Origin: Chrysomallon squamiferum
Taxonomy: Eukaryota; Animalia; Mollusca
DNA length: 64,000 nt
Reading direction: 5' to 3'
NCBI GenBank assembly: GCA_012295275.1
Contig: CM022673.1
Coordinates: 16,492,001 to 16,556,000 of the forward strand
Positions within the stretch are counted from its first letter, which is position 1. Each line of letters starts with the position of its first letter. A program made the translations under genes and the position numbers. Below the pieces are notes generated by a model that was not told the DNA's origin, did no database searches, and worked only from the letters and a program-made list of their open reading frames with translations. Shown piece after piece: positions 1 through 15,300 of this stretch.

Positions 1-339
1 TAACTGGTGAAATTGTAACATTTTATAGCTGAATGTTGCAATCTGTTTAAATTTGGGATTGTAGGAGGAAAAAAGGCAATGCAAGTATTTTATTCTTGTT
101 TTGTGAGTAAGATAATATGATATGGTTTTATGTGGTTCAGTAATGTTTTCCTACAATATAACATTAATGGATTTCCTTGTTTTTTTCATTACCTTATTGC
201 TAAGAATATTTAATACAGGTTTCCAATTTAACATTAATACTGTAACCAAATATATGAGTGATATATTAGATAATTGTTAATAATAAAATGTTTTTCAGGT
301 TAAAATTAAATTGTGTTTTTTTTTCATTTCTGTTTTCAG

Positions 340-1567
340 ATGTAAAGGCAGTAGATGATTTTGGTAATCATTTTGTTCATGCCTGGAAAACAACTTACAA
401 CTTTAGACAATGGAACAGAAAGGAACACACAGGCATGAAGGATCTCCCACCAGGGTTTGTTTTTGTGTTTTTCTTTAATCTGTAAAAATATTGTTTTTTG
501 GTATGAGTCTTCAGTTTATCAATTTCCAGGATTGTAAATGTATTTTGTGTGTGTGTGTGTGTGTGTGCATGCATGCGAGTGATAAAATTGTATATTTCAT
601 TAACATTTTGATTCAGTATTTGAATTTTATTACATTAATTATTTTTCTTTCTTGTTAAAAATATATTAACTATTTTATATTCATATTTACAAACTAATGG
701 TATCCTTTTAACAATATATTATCTTAAAATAGGTTTTAAGATTTAATTTTTAAATTTTCATTAACACAGTTAAATAATACCTTTCTGAATTAACAAAATT
801 ACAACATGTTCATTAAGGACAAGATTTTTAAGATTCATTTTATTTATGAGTGTTTTTTTCTCCAGACATCCATGTGGTGGTAACTTGAATGTAGCAGATA
901 TTCGAATGAAGTTAGCACAGTGAGTGATTTTAAACCAAAAAACATTTTAAAAAATGTATGTCCCAAAAGGATAGTAGGTAAATAAGATTATATAAATCAG
1001 AAAAAGATGATAATCTAAAATAATTAAAAATTTAAAAGACATCTTATAGAAAATTAAAGTTCAGTGTTATTTATAAAAAAGAGATTAAACAAATATGTTG
1101 TTTAGCTGAGATCACTAGAGGTAATGAGTGTTTGTGTTGCAGTACTATGCAGAACACTGAGAGAGGTAAAAGGCTGAATGCTGCAGTGGTGCAGACAGGA
1201 AAGTATGTTGTACAAACAGGAAAAGCAGTAGGTAAGTTTTTTAAATAATCATTGTAATCATTTTCTTCAAGGAATTTTTAAAATTCTTTGGTTCCTGCAC
1301 ACCTTGATAAATGTTAGTTTTCTGGCAGTGGCTGCTGCATTCCTGGCAGTCAGTATTGTTTAAAAACAAAAATCTTCAGTGTTGTCAGAGTTTATTATGA
1401 GGGATTTTTAAATTGGTATGTGTTCTGTCGTTTTCACTAAAAATGTATTATTTTGTTTTATAGGAGGAGCATTCAACCATGCCAGGTCAACTCTGACTTC
1501 TTGGTTTAGCAGTTTCACTCCAGACAAAAACTCTGAGAAGAAAGAAGAGGATGGAGAGTCTAGCTGA
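340..1567 (+). CDS. AVL9: Late secretory pathway protein AVL9 homolog, 3' part (last four coding exons; gene starts before the window)
   Basis: GT-AG exons 340-454, 866-919, 1143-1231 and 1464-1567 join in phase. They encode DDFGNHFVHAWKTTYNFRQWN..HPCGGNLNVADIRMKLAHTMQNTERGKRLNAAVVQTGKYVVQTGKAVGGAFNHARSTLTSWFSSF..ESS*, matching the AVL9 C-terminus as I recall it (FVTAWKNTHNYRVWN..SERGKK..VVQTGKAVG..SSWLS). Confidence 0.9.
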
Positions 1568-2480
1568 TAGCAGAACAAATGTGACGTATTTGTACCAATC
1601 GGACTAACTATAACATCGAGAGAACAGATTTGAGCAGCCAGAGTTTACAAATATTGTGATAGCTTTTCACTGAACAGATTGATTGTATTAAATAGAAAAG
1701 CAAGGTTGGCACATGTTGAGGTTTTTCTTTAAAATTTTAGTGTTTTGTGGTGAAAATAACTGATGATTGTCAATTTAATTTACCTAAAAATAGTTCAGGA
1801 AATGCATTCTTGTTTGTTAAAAAACGAATGGATTTAATACAAGCATAATATCATCAAATATGAAAAAAAATTCTTTGTTTGTCTCAGTTCTTGGCATCTT
1901 AGAAATCACAAATATTTGATTTATTGTATTTTCTCACATTTCCAAAATTTGTTTCTTGGAATGAGTTGTTTTCATTTTTATTTTGAGAAATTTTATAATA
2001 AGTGCACTTTTATTGCTACTTTAAAATTATTGTTTTTATTATTATTATTACTTTATTACTTTTTATCAGTTTTATTAATTTATATGATAAGTTATTTTCA
2101 ATCAAATAAATAATTAACTTAGATTCTGATTAGCGGAAACAAAATGGAATTATTTATTATAATATATATATATATATATTTTTATTATTTATGTTGGGCA
2201 CGGCTCATTATGGAGATTTTGACTAGTCAGTTGTTTTGGTGCTATCCTTAGTAATTAGTAGTTTTCATTTTTGTTTCTTCTTTTTTTTATGTTTACTTTC
2301 TGTTTGTTTATGTTTACTTTTATTTACTCATTTGTGTTACACATTCCTCATTCTTAACCTGCAGGATCAGCTCTCCATAATAAATGTGTCCATATTTTTT
2401 TTCAAGTGGTCCAAAAAGTATACCTGGTTTCTGTTCAAGTTATATTTTGCCCAGTCTTCAACTTGCCATTTGTACTAGTC

Positions 2481-2690
2481 TGAAGAAGAAACCCAACTTG
2501 TATATTAGTAATCCAGCTTGTTATTTCAAAGAAGAAACTGATCAGTATATTTGTATGTCAGTTATTTATTTCAAAGAAGAAACTCAACTATATATTAGTA
2601 TGTGAACTATTTATTTCAAGGATTAACTCAACTATATATTAGTCTGTCAACTATTTGTTTCAAAGAAAAAACTCAACTATAAATTCAGTA
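2481..2690. repeat. Degenerate ~45-bp minisatellite, about 4.5 copies, downstream of the AVL9 stop
   Basis: Recurring unit approximately AAAGAAGAAACTCAACTATATATTAGTATGTCAACTATTTATTTC, visible from 2481 to 2690. Confidence 0.8.
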
Positions 2691-5398
2691 ATATTTTATT
2701 AATCGGTAAATTACTCAGTTAATAAGAAACTTGGTTGTAAATTGATAATAGTTTTTGTAGGAATAAATAATATATTTCAATATTATTTTCAAAGTGGTTG
2801 TTGTTATATATACAGGAATTGCTGTGAGTCACAACTGGAAATATAACCATTTACAATTTAACCATTTTCCAAACTGACATTTTTCATGTTGTATAAAAAG
2901 GTGATATTTTACTTTGTATGTTAATTGTTTGTTTCAAGATGTATGACAATAATATTTTGTTATATTGAAAACTGTTTTTTAGGAGTCAGTTTAAGGACAT
3001 GTTTTCTCTTAAAACCATTCTGTAATGAACAGAAAGAAATGTTTTTACTTGATGTAGTTACATAATTTCACATTTATAGAAACATTCCATCTACGTAAGC
3101 ATATATTATTGTATTAGTATTGTTAATTTAATTTAAATTTTATAACACCAAATGTAAAACGAGCCATACATCTGATACTAAAAGTGAATATCAAGATTTA
3201 AATATTTAGTTAAAAGTTTCTTAATTGATTGATTTATTTTACTCAGTCAAAGTAATTTAGTTTATTTCTCCATTATTAACTTTAATCCCATAATTTTAAA
3301 TATTTTTTATTGAGAAAAGAAAAGAAAAAAATGGAAGAAGAAAAAAAGAATAAAGAAATATTAGAAAAAAGTTATAGATAAGGAAAAATTTGAATACCAA
3401 ATTATTGTTTGAATAAAGTTATGTATTTCAAACTTTACTTTTAAGATGTGCAATCTTATCTGTACATTGAAAAAACTCTAAAAAAAATGTATTTCTTTAT
3501 CTGTCTTTGAAGATGTTTATCCATCAAATAAATAAGAATTTTCCCATAGTTTCAGTAGGATTCACTGACAGATATGTGTTATTTGTCTTAGTTTTCAGAA
3601 TTATTTGTATATCTGAAAATACGCACAAATCATTTATCTTTAAATTAGTCACAAATTCCAGTTAACAATAATAATGTTATGAAATAGTGATATGTTACTT
3701 TTTTAATCTTACTTGTTTGTTCAAGATGTATAAAAATACTAATAATAGTGTTACATTATTTTTTACGCTTAGTTTTATGTTTCAAGATGATTTTGGTGAT
3801 AATTATATTAATACCACATACTTATCTTCTATAGGTGAGTATCCATTTGCACATTTATTTGTGGATACAAATTCAATGAAATTCCTACAACGAAAATAGA
3901 TTACCAGTTGTACATCAAACTTTGAACACTTTGCTTGCGTTATTAAAATATTATCTTAAAATTTGTCTCAGAACCTTACAAAACAAACTCCCACTATTCA
4001 TTGTTTACAACTGTACATGTTTGACAGCTGTGTGAAGGCAGGAAATTTATACTTTTAATAAAATAGCTGATAGTGATGAAGTTGGAATGGGATAATCAAA
4101 GTGTGTAGTTATAAAACAGTAAATGGATATTTTTAAACATTTACAAATTTCTAGATCACTTGGTTCTAGACAGTGGTGATGCATGAAATCCTGTGTAGTG
4201 CTCAACACATTGATGATTAATGATTTATTTGCTTGTTCAAATTAAATTAATTTATAGTTACTTTGTGTTGTTTCTTGCCATCATTTCTTAAGCTTGTTAA
4301 TTTTGGATCTCGTGCCTAGTAACATAATAATTTACAATGATTGTAATTTGATTTTTGTTTCTTTTAAAAAAAAATTCTAATGGGTTTTTCTAAAATGTAT
4401 ATTTTGTTCCATAAACAAAGTACAAGACATTATTATCCATTATTGTTAAAGTTTGTTGTTGCATTAATTGAGGCTTGTGCTTAGAAAAACAGTTGGATTG
4501 GCACTGCAACATTATTTAAAATAAAAAGGATTTGGTGATTAAAATGGGGTTTGTTTTGACATACATGTGTATATGCAGTATACATGTGTTAGTAACATTT
4601 TTTTTTTTTTTTTTTGCACTTAGGTTTTATTTATAGTGTTATCAGTTACAATATTTTTCATTTTATTTTGAATTTCTATTATTACAAATATGTGTTCACA
4701 AATATAATATTGTATAATAATAATGTTTTAAATTTCTTTTTGTGGAGACTGCTGTTGATAATTATTTTGAAATGGATAATAATGTGGCTTGTTTTATTGC
4801 TTTGAGGGGTTATGCAGGAAAGAAGTTGAAAAGAAAAAGATGTTTGATAAATCCATGTGGATTATATTGGCAAAGAAAAAGGCATTATATTACAGCTTCA
4901 TTGAAATAAATGTGGGATATTTTTTATAATTACAATATAATGCACTGATAGATTTAAATTCAAATTTTTGTTTAAAGTATTTATAATGTATTTGTTGAAT
5001 GTTTTTGTGTGAATACTCAAAGTGAAGGTATGTGTATTTGTGAGTTTTCAACTTATATTATGGTTGTTTTTGCTTAGTTTTTTCATTTATAGTTATTACT
5101 CAAATGACTATTATTTTTATTTTATTTTTATTATTATTATTAATTTTTTTTTTTTTTTTTACTTTTATAACAAATCCCAGGTTTAGAATTTTGAAATGGT
5201 AAAATTTTATTGGCTTTGCTGGTTTATTTCATTTTTTTTTTTTTTTTTTTTATGGATTTATTTACTGTAATTTCTTTTTTTTTAAATTGATTAAAGCTAT
5301 ATTAATTAGATTTTTTAAAACTAAAAACAAAATTATTTTAAACATATCTAGAGTTTGAAAAAGGTTGATGACAATACTTTTAACCCATTGTGGCATTA

Positions 5399-5433
<35 letters not shown>

Positions 5434-6115
5434 TGTTTTCTTATTTGCAAAGATGAATATGAGATTTTGAATGGGCCAGTTTGAAATTTTACAAGGCAGA
5501 TTACAATTTTTTATATTTGAGGGAAAATTTAGTTGGAATTAAAAACTGATTTAATCTAGATACCTGTGTATATATATATATATAAAAAAAAAATGCAGAA
5601 TAATATATTCCCTGTTATCATAAGATATCCATGTAAAAATAACTACATTTGTTTCTTTTTTAAAATTATGAAATGGTTTTCAAGAATGGTTGAAAGTTGT
5701 TTTAATGTGATATTGTTGTATTCTTGGTTGCAAACATATATTTCTGTGGTAAAGTTTATAATTCCTGTACTTGGTGTTTGTTTTTTGTTTTATAATTTTA
5801 ATATTCAAAAGTGTTAGTAACATAGATAATATAGGAGTGGATTTTATCTGGGTGCTTGTCAATTCAGGACAATGGTAGGATACAAGATGAATCCTTCTTA
5901 AATGCTTTTGAGCTGTTTTCCAATCTTACCAGATCCTACTAATTAATTCATCAGACACTGATATTTTCCTGTCCACAGGAAGGAACATTTGAAAAATTCT
6001 CTTCCTGTTATTGGTGTGGAATGGATTTCCTTTTGAATTATTACAATACTGTTGAGATACAGTTTAAATAATTTTGTTCTAACACACACACACACACACA
6101 CAGAAATACATGCAC

Positions 6116-6218
6116 ACATACATTAATTATACATATGTATTATATAATTAGAACTAATTTACATATTTATACATTAATTATACATATATATTATATAATT
6201 AGAACTAATTTACATATT
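6116..6218. repeat. ~51-bp tandem duplication
   Basis: ATACATTAATTATACATAT(G/A)TATTATATAATTAGAACTAATTTACATATT occurs twice in tandem. Confidence 0.8.
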
Positions 6219-9200
6219 GTTTTGAGGTATGAAAAGAGACTGTAAATTTCCACCATGTTGTGTTAGTTGGATTAATGATGAGAGTCTGTCTGACATGAAT
6301 AACTTGAACGAAGTCCTATCCTATGTTCTGAATTAATTCTATTTCAACAGAAATTTTAAAATACTTTTAAACATTATATCTCTTTTGTGGAATTGTTTAT
6401 TTTTATCTTATTTTTATATTTTTTTTCTGCTGTTGTTGTCTTATTTGCAAAGACAGATTTTGAGTGCTATATAATTGTATTACTCAGGAAGGTATTGATT
6501 GCTGATGTTCATATGCAGCATGGTGATGGGTGGAATTCAAGAGTGTCTAACATGCAGGAAGCAGCTCTACTCAGTGGTGGTAACCAGACATTAGCATAAT
6601 ATGTCTGTGCCACAAGCCATGCTGTAAACACATTTTCTGACACAAAACTAATGTTAAAAAGACCCAACAACACAATTTTGGTAAACAAAAATAAGTTGTT
6701 TTTTTTTTTTTTTTTTTCATGGACTTTTATTGAATATTTACTTGAAATATAAGGATATTTAAGAATTTAAAAAACAGCTTTGAAATACTGTACTTTTAAT
6801 AGGTTTTAATGATTTGTACGAACCAAGAGTTACAGTCATTAACATTTTACTCAAATTTGTAAAAGTGTAGATACTTATTGTCGTGAAAATACAGACTTTT
6901 ACAATAAATATACATTGCAATAAATGTACAGAGCACTAAAAATACATAAAAAAGAACAATACACTCACCCATTACCCAGACTTGTTTATATATTTGTAAA
7001 ATCCTTTAAAGTATACTTATTCAACAAATTTTGTTTTGGCATACAGTTTAACAATAGCAAATTAGATTTCATTTTTTTCTTCACAACAGAATGAATAAAA
7101 CAAGATAAATAAAATGGCTTAAATATGACTGGGTCATAAAATATTATTCTCCAACTTACCAACATTTAATGAATAAGCTATATAATTCTGTGAACAATAA
7201 AAGCACATAGCATATAAAAATGTAAAGAAGTTTATATCAAACTACAGATAATAAAATGAAAAAAAAAAATCACTGATAAAAGTTGACTTCATCAAATTTT
7301 ATTTCATATTTATTATTTAACATCTGATACGCTATAAAATTCTGTCATCCAGTGAAAAAACCCAGTACCCAACTCTAAACAGTATCATAGTAAAATAGAA
7401 ACTATGCAAATTCATTATCCCTTGGGAAGGTATAAATGAACAAAGCTTTACCACTAACTGAAGTCAAAGAGATCCTTGGTTATTGATTGAAGGGACATCA
7501 AGACAATTGACAAAGATGATGACTAAAGCCTGACTTACTGCTAAGTAAAGAGGACAAACATGGTGTGAAAGAAGTAGGTTTCCTTTTTTGCATGTGTCTT
7601 CCTTAATAACAAATAAGAGGCCACAGAATCATAGATACCAACATACCGTGAACACATTTTTAAATAAAATGTCTTCTTCTTTACAATACTGCCAAGCTAA
7701 AACCTCTAATAGCTTAACCGTTTTCATTTTTGTCTTTTATTTATTAATTTATTTTACATTTCACTTTGAATATAAAAAGGTGACTTGCTAGATATTCCAA
7801 TGGATAATGGAATTTATTCAGTTTCTTTCTGAGAGGCATAAACCTTGCTAAAACAAAACCTTCTATTATTATAAAATCTAAAGCCATTGTTTAATATCTA
7901 AAAATAGATTCTGTGCTGTAGCTTACTGGTTACAGTGACTGGCTGAAAAGCACTTGGTTAAGAGATATATATATCTTTCACTGGATGAATCATAACGAAG
8001 TCAGTAACTGAGGTTGAGTTTTAGCTTACATGATCTCTACTTCTCAGTGTGCTCACTGAAATATTTACAGTTCCGACCAAACATCATGGTGTATGTTTTC
8101 CAGCCTGTTGGATGGTTAATATAACAGATTACTAGCTTCTGATCAACATGGATGAGAGAGAGGGCCATTTCACAAAACTGCCTAAAAGTCATTTTTAACC
8201 AAAAATCAACTTGAACTTTAAACAATAACATAACTTCATTAAAAAAATAAAAATTAATTAATTAATTTTTTTAAAGGTTGTGTAGACTGCCAGAAATCCA
8301 ACAACTGCCTGAATATTATTGTGTGTGAATTTAAAAAGAGTAGCTTGTTTTGTTGTAGCACTGAATACCATTCTGCAGTCTCTATGATCCTGTAGTGCAA
8401 TCTCTGATTTAACAAATGTTGTTGTGTACAGCTTTAAATAAAACATTTCTTCCTTCCTTCCTGAAGATAATGGTATCTGTTTATGTGTATGTAAAAAAAA
8501 TGATCTAGAAATGCGTATGATAACCAGTAACAGATATTTCATTTAAAAACCATTGATTTTTAAAACTATTTATTAATTTAGAAAGTAATCCAGAAATTGT
8601 ATGAAATTCCATTTACTATTTAAACTATTAGTCATCACTACTAGATCTCAAATTTTTTTTTTTTTTAAATTTCAAAAACATATAAAAACATAAATAAATA
8701 AATACAGAAATACAGAAAAAAAATCATGTATGCAAGAAATATATAAAACTTACTGTTCTTAAATAAATTTACATCAGCGAAAAACAGACATTCAGTGTTA
8801 AATTATGATCATAAATAAATTACTGTTGAAAATCCTTTGATTCATAACTTCTATAACTAAACTTTTATATAATATAAAATTTTATTTCAATAAATTTGCT
8901 TTCAGTGATTAAGGGTAAAGAAAAGGTCATTTTACATCCTTGCTTTAAAATCATGTCTGATGAAAGCAGAATCACACAAAAAAAGATCACAGCAAAACAT
9001 TAAGAACAGGAAATCTCGTTAGTGCAGTGTAAATATAGTAGAGATTATCCTATTAATTAACCTGTCTGTTTGCTTACAATAATTTTTATCAGTATTATTA
9101 CTTATGATAGTTACCAGTATTATTATAAAACTTTATAATTTTTGAATATGTAAGATTATAATGTTTGTCAATCTGCAACAATCTTTATTAATATTATTAC

Positions 9201-9534
9201 CAAAACGATAATCCTTTGAATAATGAAAAATTATAATCTTTTGCTTCTAATAATCTTTATCAGGCTTATAACCAAGCTAATAATTTTTTTTAATGGTATA
9301 TGTTTATAATATTTTGCACGTAATATTTTTTTCAGTATTACCTAATAGATAATAATCTAACTAATAAGATTATAATAAGATTACAAAATACCAAACTGTA
9401 TTCAGAGATCTTCAATATCTTCATTAAACGGATAATCTTTAAAACAATACATGATTATGATGTATTTTCTTCTTAACAAAAGCTTTAGAATGAAGTACAT
9501 TTTAGAAGAGAATTATCCACATCTCACATTGCTG

Positions 9535-12330
9535 CTACTGCTCTTCGAAATACAGAGAAATTGCTTGATCGAGGTTCATGGCACAGCGCTCGAGGTAGAG
9601 CTTAGCAACATCTCTTTCATCTGTTGCAGTGACACTGAGAAAGTCGGTTATAAGCATATCTTCTACTTGTTTTACAGAATCTATATCCAAATTTTCAGAA
9701 AAAGAATTCCCTTCTGCTACTGCACTCGAAGTGTTTTCTCTGCTGGATGCTGAAAAAACCCAAAATAAAATAAAAACACAAAAAATAAAAATATTATTTA
9801 AAAATGATACACACACACATATATCCAATACATGTACACCACAGATATACATACACATACAACACACACACACATGCATGCACACACACACACACACACA
9901 CAGACAGAAATGTACAGTGATAGATAAATAACTGCTTCTTAAACATCTTTGTCATAGTAACAGTTTTACATTATGGATATTATATTAAGTAAAGATCTAC
10001 AACACCTTTGTTCTACATCTCATCATCAGTGGATTACTTACCTGTTGCAGTATTTTGTCTGTTGTTGTTGTTTACTTCTGGATTAGAAGATTCATTGTCA
10101 GAATCATCAGGCTGAACACCAACGAAAAAAAAAATTCAAATAACAATAATGTGAAGACAACAGTATACACACTTATTACGTTTAATGGTCCATTATTAAT
10201 ACAGGTATCAATTAAGTTTATCTAGAGGAGTTTAAAACTTGGTTATGGAAATAAATAAACTAATATTTAATACTCCCTCAGATCATTTTATTATTAGATT
10301 ATGTAAAACAATCATGCTGCTAAATCAAGTGCAAAGTTCTACCTATCAGCAGCAAGAGTTATTTTGTATACACCTCCCCTCAAACAGGACAACATATTCC
10401 ATAGCCCTTGATAAAACAGTCAAATAAATTAGTTTAGAAAAAAGCTCAAAGGGTGTTCAGAGGAGGTCTGATTCTGCAGGCTCCATGCCTTAATCTTGCA
10501 TTCCAATTACTATTCTAATTTAGATTACATAAATAAGTTAAAATGAATAAGAATATTTTTAAATTTAAAAAAAAATAAAAAATAAAATAATAAAAAAATA
10601 AAAGCCTTGACTGTTATGATTTTTTTAACATGATAAATGAAACCTGAAACATATATTTATTATATAAAACATTATTTTTGTATATTATATATTATCACTA
10701 TTGACTTTATTCTTGCTAAGAATTTAATTTAAATTTTATTTTATTATCTTCTATTGTAATCTTTTATTTGATTTGATTTTATTACCTCTGGTGTACCATT
10801 TATTTTCAAAACCTTCATCCACAATAAACGATCTTTTCTTTTCTGTGCCTGTAATAAATGTGAGTCCTATTACAACAACAACAACAACAATAATATATGC
10901 ATTTATATAGCACCCAAAACCGCAGTTTGGATATAGTAACATTATAAACTGTTAATCAGAGAAAGAAAATGTTTAAATTTTTTACTATAAAAATCAGAAA
11001 TGAGTGTTGCTAAATAATAAGCTAGTTTATAAATTATAACAGTTTTCGAAAAAACCCATTGTGTAAATATTTTGATGCTGAATGTAAAATGTTATTAAAA
11101 TATTTGATTAACTATAAAATTATAGCAAACATTATTTTTTTTTTTAATTGTGTTTTTTAACATACCTGGATAAAACATAACTTTCTAAAACCAAGGGTAG
11201 AAAAAAAAATTAAAAAAGTTAAAATGTTTCTTTCATCTGTAAAATATAACATTAAATATTAAAAGAAAAATCAGAAATGTACTCACATTTGTAAGTCCTT
11301 TGTAAATTTGTCCATTTTCTTCTGCTCTCCGCCTCCTCACACTTTCTCTCACTACCTCAATTCTTTGCATATGTTCCCAAAGGTCAGGAGTCATATTGGG
11401 ATCTAGTAAAAGCAAAACATTCCAATTTAAGACAAAATAAAGAGAATAGGTGTTTGTGTCATTGTGGAAGGAAGCTACTAAAACAGGCAGAAAGAAGAGG
11501 TGGAGGGAGATAGAATCTTTTTATATCTTCATTCATTCGTTGAAAGCGAGAGAGAGGGGTAGAGCTAGGGGAAGGAGAGACAATGAAAGCAACAGAGACA
11601 CACAGAAAATCAAAGAGAAAAAGAGAATGAAACACAGAAACAGAAAAAAGTATTTAAAACAACATACACGTTGTTAAATCATCAACAGTGGGATCATCAA
11701 CATCATCATTAGCTGATGAAGCCAATGCCTCTCTTGATGCTGCAACAACTGCTGCTGGTGAAAGTAATGAACTGTTGGAAAGTTTTTTAATGGGAAGTGT
11801 TCTCTCCTTGGTTCGGAAAGTTATAATATATTCAATCATTATTCTACGGTTCTCATACACCACAAATTCATTGAAATCAACAGGGCAGCCCTGAAAAAAA
11901 ACAGAAAAAGAATAAAAAGAAAAAATAAGCAGTAAATATTAATTTGGTTAATGATAATGTAACACTTGTTAATTTCAGACTGAATCATTCATCTGGCAAG
12001 CTTAGGACTCGATTTCTGGATTTGTCATACTTCTGGATACAGGCTGAATCTTTACTTAAAATATATATTAGACAACAAAAATAAAGAATAAAACTGTATT
12101 TAACAGATACAAATTAATACCCTGCTCTTTATTATTTTACTTAAAAGTTTTAAAATACCTATAGAGAACATGCTGTTCAGTAGTAACATGGATTTCTGCT
12201 ATTCTTTTAGACATGATAACAATTGAAAATGAGAGTAAACTGAAACAAATAATAACATGCACAGCTGTACTCTAACCTGAATCAGTTTAATGTCAGGTTG
12301 TAATGAAAGTTCTGTCTGTTTTTTTAAGGC

Positions 12331-12364
<34 letters not shown>

Positions 12365-15300
12365 CCAAATCTCAAGATATCTAATTTATTTGATTATTAA
12401 TATAATCACCATTTTTCTCCATGACCTCTTTTATCTGAAAGTGAGCTTTTTAATGCCACGTTCATAAAATTCCTTAGATTAAAAAAATTAAAACAGCCAG
12501 GAGTTTTGTTACAACTAAAACAAAGTAATTCTGAAAGTAGCCAGTTTCAAAAACAGCTAGATTTCTGGAAACAGGATGAATAGTTTGGTACTTGTGTAAT
12601 TGATTGTTGCACACTCACTTTAACTGAGTCATAGTATTTCCACCCATCAGTGTGTGTTTCTTTTTCTGGCTCCCGCTTCAATGTATGATCTCTTTCACCT
12701 TTCGGATACTCCTTAAATTAAATCCAGTGTTTATACATTTAATTATATATTTTTAAAATATTAATGAGTAAAAACGGCTAAACATCTTTGTTAATAAAAT
12801 TTAATTATTATTAGCAGTACTTACATATTTATTATTGCTTGCTCAGATACTTATTTTGTAAGATAAGTTTCTAGCTCACTATTACATTTTGTGAAAATAT
12901 CAAAAGGTGTTTTATATATGGCGGTATAGAATAACCATTAACATGGTGAAAATGATCAAAATTCAGATTTTGATGGAATAAGTTAAACCACTTTCCAGTG
13001 ATACCTGATCCATGGGGTGTGGTGTCAGAGGTTTTAAATAAAGCTGGGCAAAATAAGTACATAGTTTCAACATAATTTTGTTAATTAAGATATTGACAGG
13101 TCACACAAAAACACAAAGAACATGTTTTATTGACTGATTTCAGCGAAACACATGCACAGACATGAAAGTCAAGATGTTTTCAAAACCGTTTATGGTGAAA
13201 ATAAAAACTGACCTATTGATGTACTGGACTGCATTTATAATCTATATCTCAAAAGTACATTGCATGTCATCCAATTGGTTATCCTATGCCACTATACATA
13301 TACCATTTGGTTAAAAATAACATTATCTTTCATTTGTTTACATAATTTATGCTTCTGTTTTTAGGAAATATATGAACATTTTAAATACTTATTGAAACTG
13401 TGAAATAAATATACCACAGTTTAAAAATACACATATTAATACACATATTCTATTACTGTCACTCTAAATAACAATAGTTTTTTGTCATCATTTCATGTAC
13501 TTCCAAAAGAATTTCAATCTTTTTCAGAAGCTATTTAACTAAATAGTTTATTGTTGATGTTTTTGGCAGTAGAACTTTTTTTTGTTAATAAGAAATGCCA
13601 AATTTTACTGAAGTGTGAGATTTGGCTGGCTGAAGTGGCCACCGACTAAACTTGTTTTAGTATATTAATTAATTATTAATTGCAGTACTTAAACATTTAT
13701 CAACAACGTTACATTTTCTAATATTACACTTTTTTTTTTATATGATTTGTTTAATAACAACAACTGTTATTATTATTATTACTGTTATACTTTTAAAAAT
13801 ATGAGTACAAAGTAGTGTGGTATAATTTAATTATTTGTAATTAAATTGATTTTACCTTGGCATGACCCAAGATAACCCTGCACATCAGTATAAATGGATA
13901 TCTACCATCATTCCCGACAGATCTTCCAGCATACTGAATACATTTTTTGGGATTATCACTTTAAACATACATAAAAAAAGAAATTAAAAGAATATAAATA
14001 AAACATAAAGCAAACATTAGTAATAATAATTTTAAAAACTAGAAGAAAAAAAAGATAAAAGATAAAAAGTAAATTAAAAACAAACAACGAATGAAGATAT
14101 AAAAAGAGTTATATTTATCTTGCTGATTTCTATTTAAAACATAGTGCTTTTATTTAACGTTCATAGTTTTGTTTAATAATTAAAACAGTGATCACAAGAG
14201 TACTGCTACTTTGGTAGTGGTGATAATAATAATAACTAATACAAGTAATAGTAGTAGTAGTAGGGTAACAGTAGTAGCAACTGTAAAGAAATAATGCTAG
14301 TGGTAGTTGTAGTAGTAGTAGTAGTAGTACTCGTAGTGATAATAGGAGAGGTAACCATTAGAGGTAATGGTAGTGGTAGTTTAGTAGTAGTCTTAATAAT
14401 AGTGGAATTGTGTAAGTTGTAGTAGTAATAGTAGTAGTAGCAGTAGTAATAATAGTAGTAGAAGTTGTAATAGTAGAAACAGTTGTAGTTCTGGCAATAG
14501 CAATAGCAGATGTGGTAATAGTGGAATTAACAGTTGTAATCATAATAATAAAGTAAGTAGTAACAATAGAAGTAGTAGTAGTAGTAGTAGTGGTGGTGGT
14601 GGTGGTGGTGGTGGTGGTGGTGGTAGTAGTTGTAGAAATAAAAATAACAATAATAATACTCATTATAATAATGACTGTTAATAATTAACAAAATAAAAAT
14701 GATTATAACATTAGTCATTTCTCTTACCTAAAATAAATACCTCTTCCAAATAATCCAATTGTACTGAGTCTGGCATCAAGCCCTTCTTCACAAATTCTTA
14801 ATTTATCCACAGTTGTCCCATGATAAAGGTACCGTGTATTTAGTTGAAATCCTTTAAAACAATAACACTATTTCATCACTTGAAGAAGATATGAATTATT
14901 ATTTAATGTATTTTATACAATTATTTATGTAGAATAAAAAATGTTTTTAAAAAATATAAAAATAACAAAATTCAGTAAGTTGAGAAAGAGGGGTAAAGGA
15001 AAATAAATATCTAAAGAAGAGAAGGCCAGTAAGGGTTTATTAAGGAGAAATATTTATCAAAAGAACCTGTATTAAAATCAGTGAGATTGTTAAAAAATTG
15101 CAAATCTATAATAATTCTTATTCACATATATTAACAATCATGTATTAAAATATCACAATGAAAATCAATAATCAAAATATAATCTGAGTGTTTCAGCAAT
15201 TACAGGAACAAGTGAGGCTATATTCATGGTGTACACTCTGTTTAATGTTTTGTTTGAAGTAGATGTAAATATTACATATCTGGGTGACATAACTGTTCAT

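Noticed and set aside
6488-6640. Telomerase RNA or SRP RNA identity for the structured island
   Set aside because: No CTAACCCT template nearby. GGAAGCAGC is only a short chance match to SRP helix 8.
14358-14718. Poly-Thr and poly-His/Tyr ORFs
   Set aside because: Translations of an intronic trinucleotide tract. The flanking PARP exons join in phase without them.
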